33,857 bases of DNA from the NCBI GenBank assembly GCA_036019135.1, contig JAYXXU010000114.1, positions 1 to 33,857 on the forward strand. The letters are read 5' to 3'. The stretch comes from Pseudomonadota bacterium. Lineage in GTDB: Bacteria; Pseudomonadota; Gammaproteobacteria; Pseudomonadales; Moraxellaceae. Made by a program: the position numbers and the translations under genes. Below the pieces are notes generated by a model. That model had not been told where the DNA came from and made no database searches. It was given only the letters and a program-made list of their open reading frames with translations. Positions within the stretch are counted from its first letter, which is position 1; every line of letters starts with the position of its first letter. Shown piece by piece: positions 27,635 to 33,857 of this stretch.

Positions 27635-27874
27635 ATGCGTTATCTCATGCTATTCACCGTTTGCACCATCATGCTGACTGGTTGCTTTAATGACTCAAAT
27701 GACTCACAAGGTCGTACACAGCCTGCACCTGCACAGCCAGATAGCTTTGTGGTGCAAGTGCAACGCCAAGTCGATATTCCAAAGGCAAACGCTGATTCAC
27801 TTGAAGCGATTCAAGTAAGCAATATTGTCGAAACCTCACCAGAAACTGACGAACCGATATCAATCGTATTTTAA
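27635..27874 (+). CDS. Small lipoprotein (79 aa) of unknown function
   Basis: It has the lipobox MLTGC and an AGGAG ribosome-binding site. It starts 24 nt after the DUF4331 stop. Confidence 0.6.
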   Translation: MRYLMLFTVCTIMLTGCFNDSNDSQGRTQPAPAQPDSFVVQVQRQVDIPKANADSLEAIQVSNIVETSPETDEPISIVF

Positions 27875-27899
27875 CTGACATCGGTCAATCGTTTTACGC

Positions 27900-27932
27900 C
27901 AACTCAACTGAGTGAAGCTCTCAGTTGAGTTG
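27900..27932 (+). other. Perfect 13-bp stem / 7-nt loop hairpin inside the operon
   Basis: The sequence is CAACTCAACTGAG-tgaagct-CTCAGTTGAGTTG. It lies between the lipoprotein stop (27874) and the TPR-like gene start, and no clear U-tract follows it. Confidence 0.6.
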
Positions 27933-27967
27933 ATGAGTTGCTTGATAAATATCAACAGGACTATTTG

Positions 27968-29179
27968 ATGCGCCATATGACTCATAATGAGCCGCCTAAG
28001 TGGCATTTTTTAGCTCTATTCTTTGGCCTGATGTATGTGATATGCCATGTCAGCACAGCACAAGCATCACCGTACCGCCCAACCAATCCCGATCAAGTTT
28101 TAGAAAAATTGCCGCGAGACTTTCCTCAGTTAACGCTTGATCCTCGTACAGTCGCTCAAACCCCATCTGACGTAGATGCCAAACTGTCACAAATTCAAAA
28201 ACTATTAGAATATGCTTATTTACAAGGTGATCCACGTGCATTAGGCCAAGCAACTGCACTGTTACAGCGCCACCCTATGAGCTCTAACAATGTACCACTA
28301 TTAATGCTGCGGGCGCAGGCTGCCCAAGCCAATCATCAGTTCGCCGAAGCAACCAAATTTCTTAAACAAGTGACGCAACAACAACCCAACCATAGCGAAG
28401 CCTATTTACAATTGGCTTCAATCGAGTTGGTCAGTGGTCATTTTAATACTGCACGTCAATCCTGTGAGCTGGTTCGTGGTCTAGATGCACTCGTCTTACG
28501 TCTAGTTTGTCTTGCGCAAGTGGATGCGATGACTGGAAAACTAGCCGATACTGCTGCAAAACTACAAAAAATTTCGCAGCTACTCGATACATTAAATGCA
28601 TCACAACAGTTGTGGGTGCAATTGATTCAAGCCGATATTGCACTACGGCTCAATGACAAAATCCTCATGGCAAAAATATTAAAACAACTGCCTACCAATA
28701 ACGTGCCCGCCTTGACAGCACGCGCTGACTGGTTGATGGCGCAAGGGCAATGGCAAAAAGTATATGATTTATTAAAAAATCATACTGAGCACGAAGGCTT
28801 ATTAATCCGATGGCTCACCAGTAAACATCGACTTAAACATGCCGATGCGATAGAACACCAAAAGCTGCTAACTGAGAAAATTGCGCAATGGCGGCGACGC
28901 AATGATCAAGCGCATTATCGCGAGCAGGCCAGCTATGCTCTGTTAGCAGAGTCGGCCAAACAATCATTGAACCTGGCACGTGAAAACTGGAAAACTCAAC
29001 GCGAAACAGCCGATATGGTGATTTATGCAACGGCTGCGTTGCGTAGTAAGAGTCAGGTAGATATTCAAGCTTTATTAGATTGGGCGGATAGCACGAGGTT
29101 TGAGTATCCAATTGTGCTACAACGATTAATTGCTGCTCAGAACACGATAAAACCACATACACAGGATCGCGTCAAATGA
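27968..29179 (+). CDS. Exported or membrane-anchored TPR-like repeat protein
   Basis: It has an N-terminal hydrophobic segment (WHFLALFFGLMYVICHVSTAQA/SP) followed by helical repeats of TPR character (for example NHSEAYLQLASIELVSGHFNTARQSCE). I prefer the ATG at 27968 over the TTG at 27938. Confidence 0.55.
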   Translation: MRHMTHNEPPKWHFLALFFGLMYVICHVSTAQASPYRPTNPDQVLEKLPRDFPQLTLDPRTVAQTPSDVDAKLSQIQKLLEYAYLQGDPRALGQATALLQRHPMSSNNVPLLMLRAQAAQANHQFAEATKFLKQVTQQQPNHSEAYLQLASIELVSGHFNTARQSCELVRGLDALVLRLVCLAQVDAMTGKLADTAAKLQKISQLLDTLNASQQLWVQLIQADIALRLNDKILMAKILKQLPTNNVPALTARADWLMAQGQWQKVYDLLKNHTEHEGLLIRWLTSKHRLKHADAIEHQKLLTEKIAQWRRRNDQAHYREQASYALLAESAKQSLNLARENWKTQRETADMVIYATAALRSKSQVDIQALLDWADSTRFEYPIVLQRLIAAQNTIKPHTQDRVK

Positions 29180-30348
29180 TCACACTAACGCTTTTTTTGC
29201 GAAGTCGTTATCTGCTGGCAAGCCTTCTGCTGTTGTGTGGGCTATACATGGTGTGGATGCCGACAGCACACGCGCATCAGTCTAGTACAGCTTACTTGCA
29301 CCTATCGAAAGATTCGACAGACCAACCGCCTATACTCCAGTATCGGCTAGCTCTTAGAGATCTGGCAACGCTGTTACCACTTGATGCCAATCAAGATCAA
29401 CAGATCACATGGCAAGAGTTGTCAAGCCAGCAAAGAGCTGTCAATCAGTTATTACATGATCAGATACGCTTATCAAGTGCAGGTGCAGCGTGCACACTTA
29501 GCGCCAGCGAACCCTTGCTGATCGAGCAAGTGGCAGGACAAAATTATGTAGTGCAGCCATTACAGACATCATGTACCGAGCCTGATCAGTTAGATTATCG
29601 AATCCTGAAAGACATCGACAGTAATCATCGTCTGCTGCTGACTACGCAACAAATCGAACCAAGCCGTACTCAGACTCAACTGATTGCACCATCGGTAATC
29701 GAATTGTCTGCTGCATCACACTCATGGTTCGGGACAGCACAGCAATTTGTACTTGAAGGAGTACACCATTTGCTGATTGGTGCAGATCACGTGCTCTTTC
29801 TATTTTGTATTTTATTGCCCGCAGTATACCAACCACGCACCACTCGTCAGGCTACATTCATACCAGTTGAATATCCATCAAACACCATACGACAGGTGGT
29901 ATATGTAGCGACCGCATTTACACTGGCTCACTCGGTGACACTGACATTGGCTGCACTACAAATCGTTCAACTTCCAGCACAATGGGTCGAATCTGTGATC
30001 GCTGGCTCAATCATGGTAGCGGCACTGATGAATCTATTTGGTACTCAACGCCGCCAGATCGGACTCGCTTTTGTATTTGGTTTAATTCATGGCTTTGGCT
30101 TTGCCAATGTGCTATCGGATCTACCACTCCAGCCATTAGAGCGTGTGGTCGCGCTGTTATCGTTTAATCTCGGCATTGAGCTGGGACAGTTGCTCTGCAT
30201 CCTATTGTTTATGCCGTTTGCTTTATGGTTGCGCCATTCAGGATTTTATCGATGGGGCATATTTACGCTAGGTTCTGGCATTGCGGCGATCATTGCTTTG
30301 CTGTGGATGTTACAGCGAGTATTTGAGTGGAGTTTAATTGCTGGATAG
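29176..30348 (+). CDS. HupE/UreJ-type (HupE_UreJ_2-like) membrane protein with an N-terminal periplasmic domain of about 160 aa
   Basis: The signal ends PTAHA/HQSS, so the mature protein starts with His. The C-terminal multi-TM domain begins FVLEGVHHLLIGADHVLFLFCILL and includes GLIHGFGFANVL. Its start overlaps the TPR-like gene stop (ATGA). Confidence 0.8.
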   Translation: MITLTLFLRSRYLLASLLLLCGLYMVWMPTAHAHQSSTAYLHLSKDSTDQPPILQYRLALRDLATLLPLDANQDQQITWQELSSQQRAVNQLLHDQIRLSSAGAACTLSASEPLLIEQVAGQNYVVQPLQTSCTEPDQLDYRILKDIDSNHRLLLTTQQIEPSRTQTQLIAPSVIELSAASHSWFGTAQQFVLEGVHHLLIGADHVLFLFCILLPAVYQPRTTRQATFIPVEYPSNTIRQVVYVATAFTLAHSVTLTLAALQIVQLPAQWVESVIAGSIMVAALMNLFGTQRRQIGLAFVFGLIHGFGFANVLSDLPLQPLERVVALLSFNLGIELGQLLCILLFMPFALWLRHSGFYRWGIFTLGSGIAAIIALLWMLQRVFEWSLIAG

Positions 30349-30410
30349 CCCAAAGCTTTCTATACGTTGAAGATATTGTTTGAAAGCTTTATTTAAAGGA
30401 GCAAGTACAA

Positions 30411-32540
30411 ATGCAGCAATGGACAGCATGCCGATTGTTTAAACTAACGCTATTGGCCATGTACTGTAGTGGTGTGGCGTATGCGGGTGGACCACCACAG
30501 CCAACTGCCATTTTACCCACCATCACGGTTAGTGCCAATGCGGTACCAACGTCACAGTTACAAATCGCAGATACTGCCTCTCAAGGTACGGTCGATCAGC
30601 AGCAATTGGCCAACCGTCCTTTATTGCGGCCAGCTGAGGTACTCGAAACCGTACCTGGGGTGATTGCGACTCAACACAGTGGTGACGGCAAAGCCAATCA
30701 GTACTTTTTGCGGGGCTTTAATTTGGATCACGGTACAGACTTTGCCGTATCGGTCGACGGTGTACCAATCAACTTACCGACCCACGGCCATGGGCAAAGC
30801 TATCTGGACATGAACTTTATTATTCCAGAATTGGTTGAGCGGATCGACTATCGCAAAGGTGTCTATGCAGCACAAGATGGCGATTTTGCATCGGCAGGAC
30901 AAGCTGAGATCCGCACGGTACGTGAGCTAGAGCGGCCATTTGTACAAATCACCATCGGTGAAAATGCATATCAGCGGACACTTGCTGCTGGATCAGTTGC
31001 ACTCAATGATCAAGCAAGCCTGCTTGGCGCGATGTCACTGACACGACATGATGGCGTATGGGAGATGCCTCAAAAATTAGAAGCTGACCAAGCGGTGCTG
31101 CGCTACACCGAAGGAGATCCGCAACAGCATTGGACAATACTTGCACAATACTATCAGGCTAAATGGCAGGCGACAGATCAAGTGGCACAACGTGCAATTG
31201 ATCAAGGCGTAATAGGCCGATTTGGCAATCTCGAAAGCAGTAACGGCGGTGACACCCAACGTAGCTCATTGTCCTTGAATAGGGTATGGCACAACGCACA
31301 ACAATCGCAAATCTTGAACTTGTACGCCCTAGACTACCAACTGAACTTATTCTCTAATTTTACTTATTTTTTGGGTGATCCGTTACGTGGAGATCAATTT
31401 GAGCAGGTAGATCGGCGTCAAGTTTTGGGTGGTAATCTCAAACAAACTTGGCGTTCAAATTGGCAAGAGCGAGCAATGAGTAATAGTTTGGGCATACAAC
31501 TACGACACGATCATATTCGTGACGTTGGACTGCATTTGACTGAACGACGCGAGCGGTTTGACACAGTTCGACAAGATCAAGTCAATCAGACCTCATTGGG
31601 AGGATGGGCTGAGAATCAGGTGCAATGGCTGCCGTGGTTGCGCAGTGTGGCAGGATTACGGGTAGACGCCTATCGCTTCGACGTACAAGCAAATCGCCCT
31701 GAGAACTCAGGCCGTGCATATGACCAAATTGTGAGTCCTAAATTTGGCGTAGTACTGGGCCCATGGGCAAAAACTGAATACTATCTGAGCGCAGGTAGAG
31801 GATTTCACAGCAACGATGCGCGCGGCTCAACGATCAAGATCAATCCTGATCCGCGTGAAGCGGAATTTTTGCAAACCATTGACCGTGTTGATCCATTGGT
31901 CAGAACACGTGGGGCTGAACTCGGCTTGCGTACGGAATGGCTGCCTAACTTACATAGCAGCATGGCGATATGGCATCTAAAATCTGACTCTGAGCTGTTA
32001 TTCGTCGGTGATGCTGGTACTACCGAAGCCAGTCGTCCGAGTGAGCGATACGGATTGGAAATGAGTCATTTTTATCAGCCAAACGCAGTATGGACAGTAG
32101 ATCTTGATGCGGCTTGGTCACATGGACGGTTTAGTAATGATGCACTAGAGGGCAACCGTATTAGTGGAGCCATGGAAAAGACGGCATCACTTGGCCTGAC
32201 TTATCAACCATACGAAGACTGGGATATTGGGCTGCGTGGCCGCTATTTTGGTTCTCGACCTTTGATTGAAGATAATAGTAAACGGGCGACTGCATCCACT
32301 TTGCTCAATGCTCAAGTAACCTATCGCCCTCATCCTGACTGGCAAGCACGGCTTGAAGTGTTTAATTTGCTGGATCGCAAGGTGAATGACATCGAATACT
32401 TTTATGCGTCATGTTTACCTAGCGAACTCAGTACGCCGATCTGCGCTGCCAATGCAAATGAACGCGAAGGTGTAGAAGATCGGCATGTACATCCAGCTGA
32501 GCCGCGTAGTCTTCGCTTATCAGTACGCTTGAGCTTTTAA
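30411..32540 (+). CDS. TonB-dependent outer-membrane receptor
   Basis: It has a signal peptide, a TonB-box-like PTITVSA, plug motifs (VLETVPGVIATQ, FLRGFNLDHGTDF) and a long beta-barrel region that ends with the terminal aromatic ...LSVRLSF. An AAGGAG ribosome-binding site is present. Confidence 0.9.
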   Translation: MQQWTACRLFKLTLLAMYCSGVAYAGGPPQPTAILPTITVSANAVPTSQLQIADTASQGTVDQQQLANRPLLRPAEVLETVPGVIATQHSGDGKANQYFLRGFNLDHGTDFAVSVDGVPINLPTHGHGQSYLDMNFIIPELVERIDYRKGVYAAQDGDFASAGQAEIRTVRELERPFVQITIGENAYQRTLAAGSVALNDQASLLGAMSLTRHDGVWEMPQKLEADQAVLRYTEGDPQQHWTILAQYYQAKWQATDQVAQRAIDQGVIGRFGNLESSNGGDTQRSSLSLNRVWHNAQQSQILNLYALDYQLNLFSNFTYFLGDPLRGDQFEQVDRRQVLGGNLKQTWRSNWQERAMSNSLGIQLRHDHIRDVGLHLTERRERFDTVRQDQVNQTSLGGWAENQVQWLPWLRSVAGLRVDAYRFDVQANRPENSGRAYDQIVSPKFGVVLGPWAKTEYYLSAGRGFHSNDARGSTIKINPDPREAEFLQTIDRVDPLVRTRGAELGLRTEWLPNLHSSMAIWHLKSDSELLFVGDAGTTEASRPSERYGLEMSHFYQPNAVWTVDLDAAWSHGRFSNDALEGNRISGAMEKTASLGLTYQPYEDWDIGLRGRYFGSRPLIEDNSKRATASTLLNAQVTYRPHPDWQARLEVFNLLDRKVNDIEYFYASCLPSELSTPICAANANEREGVEDRHVHPAEPRSLRLSVRLSF

Positions 32541-32590
32541 ACTGGCAGTAATCACTCTCAGCGTACCCTCAAAAGGGTGCCAGTATTTTG
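32541..32590 (+). terminator. Weak candidate terminator after the receptor gene
   Basis: ACTGGCA...TGCCAGT forms an outer stem, with an inner ACCCT-caaa-AGGGT stem, followed by ATTTTGG. The structure is imperfect and the U-tract is short. Confidence 0.3.
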
Positions 32591-32733
32591 GCGCACTTGG
32601 TGGCTTGATGGTCTTAATCACGCCAAGCCCTCAGGCAGTTGGCTTTGTTAAAGTGACAGCTCAAAACGCATAAGAACAGATCACCACTCAGTGGGATGAT
32701 AATCCTTAAAAAATTGACCATACATACTTCTAC

Positions 32734-33729
32734 CTAACGCCCACGCCGTTCTTGCCAGTGCCGCAACTCAGACGGCCGCAAGCCATAGCGTGCCAATACG
32801 CCTTCATGCAGTCGCCCAAGCTCCTGCACCATCAATGCCTGTACGTTGCTTTGCTCAACATCTGGCACGTATTGTCTGACCGCTTGTTGAATCAGTGTCA
32901 GTGGATCTGCATCTGGTTGGCTAACTACCGCATGAATAGTTTGTTTAATCAAATCACGCCATGCAAGCCTGAGCGGGTCTGGTTCTGCCAGTTCTTGTTT
33001 AATCGCCAGATATTCTTGTGCAGAGCGTTGATACGCCCAAACATACAGATCGCGCAACAGTTCGACGCGGGTCATTTCGTACACGCCCAAGATCGCACGG
33101 CTATAGGCATGTTCTGGCACATCCAAGAAAGTTAACGGGCAAAGATTCATCCGAAACAAGGGTAAGTTGGCTGCCAAGCGCGAAGTGCGTTTGTTCATAT
33201 CAGCAAATGGTTGTAAATATGGCAAATGCACCATCATAAAAAATGATTGCTCAAACGGATCATCGATCTGATTGGCCTTATCCAATAACAAATCAAAAAA
33301 CTCGTTGATCTGCTGCGGCACAGATAACGGACGATAAGCGCTCTTGGTGATATCGACCATATGCTGTCGAATCCGTCCCTCGTCTGCTGGATTGGGCAAC
33401 AGGTTTTCCGCCAATGCGCTGTGTAGATTCATCAGCGTATAGCGGTTAAAACTGGCGCTGTCGATGTTATCAACCAGCAGTTCAATCGCTGTTTTATGGT
33501 TCAAGATCATTTGGGTTTCGATGGCGGCTTTACCACGCGCCGCTTGACCATGCTCAATCAGTTCACGGGTATCGAGTCTGGAATACGTATTTCCTTCCAG
33601 ATGACTGGATGCCCAAGACAAATCAATCAACAGGCGATTCAAGATGGCGCGGCTGTAGGTGCCTGCGGCCAGTGTCGTGGCTGAGGTACGCCCGATCTGA
33701 TGCAGTTGGCGTCGTAGTGGCTCAGACAA
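32734..33729 (-). CDS. Fic-fold protein with a degenerate active-site motif, apparently 5'-truncated by the flanking IS
   Basis: The inhibitory-type motif SSHLEGN is intact. The catalytic motif position reads LQPFADMNKRTSR rather than HPFxDGNGRxxR. The only available start is a TTG, one base inside the IS junction, and the frame stays open into the IS end. Confidence 0.7.
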   Translation of the reverse strand: MSEPLRRQLHQIGRTSATTLAAGTYSRAILNRLLIDLSWASSHLEGNTYSRLDTRELIEHGQAARGKAAIETQMILNHKTAIELLVDNIDSASFNRYTLMNLHSALAENLLPNPADEGRIRQHMVDITKSAYRPLSVPQQINEFFDLLLDKANQIDDPFEQSFFMMVHLPYLQPFADMNKRTSRLAANLPLFRMNLCPLTFLDVPEHAYSRAILGVYEMTRVELLRDLYVWAYQRSAQEYLAIKQELAEPDPLRLAWRDLIKQTIHAVVSQPDADPLTLIQQAVRQYVPDVEQSNVQALMVQELGRLHEGVLARYGLRPSELRHWQERRGR

Positions 33730-33730
33730 G

Positions 33731-33857
33731 TAGGGTCTGTTGACGTTTCACATTGGCAACCAGATGAAGGCACATGCTAATGCCACCAGACTGACGAAAT
33801 TACGTTTCAGTTTATCGTATCTCGTGGCAATGGCTCTAAACTGCTTCAGCCGTGCAA
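33731..33857 (-). mobile_element. IS5-family insertion sequence, terminal fragment; an inverted copy of 1-127
   Basis: It is the exact reverse complement of 1-127. The transposase 3' end lies on the minus strand (33748-33855). Confidence 0.8.
33748..33855 (-). CDS. IS5-family DDE transposase, C-terminal 35 codons (partial; continues beyond the window)
   Basis: This is the mirror image of 3-110. Confidence 0.75.
   Translation of the reverse strand, partial: ARLKQFRAIATRYDKLKRNFVSLVALACAFIWLPM

Overview
This 33.9-kb window is a mosaic accessory region, probably from a plasmid or island of a gammaproteobacterium. The module types resemble those on Moraxellaceae/Acinetobacter plasmids, but that is inference only. 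Identical, inverted 127-bp ends of an IS5-family element bracket the window (1-127 and 33731-33857), so the interior looks like the cargo of a composite transposon.

Contents from left to right:
- A complete IS21-family element (istAB) sits inside a small lipoprotein gene, with a 6-bp target duplication.
- Two small envelope genes follow.
- A dense set of addiction and abortive-infection modules is present: HigBA-like, BrnTA twice (one decayed), AbiEi/AbiEii twice (one with a single nonsense mutation), HipBA, an orphan Y4mF-type HTH, two Fic proteins, and two serine recombinases (one with a recognisable res site).
- A roughly 10-kb copper block comprises cusRS-like genes; a divergent operon encoding an outer-membrane factor, a Met/His-rich protein, a Tat-exported multicopper oxidase, a cytochrome c and DUF411/CopG; and copZ-copA-cueR.
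- A five-gene, all-envelope operon at 26105-32540 encodes a DUF4331 protein, a small lipoprotein, a TPR-like protein, an extended HupE/UreJ-type permease and a TonB-dependent receptor.

I consider the five-gene operon the best candidate for an uncharacterised system, most likely in metal trafficking. I saw no rRNA, tRNA or CRISPR array. All family assignments come from motif recognition by eye, not from database searches.
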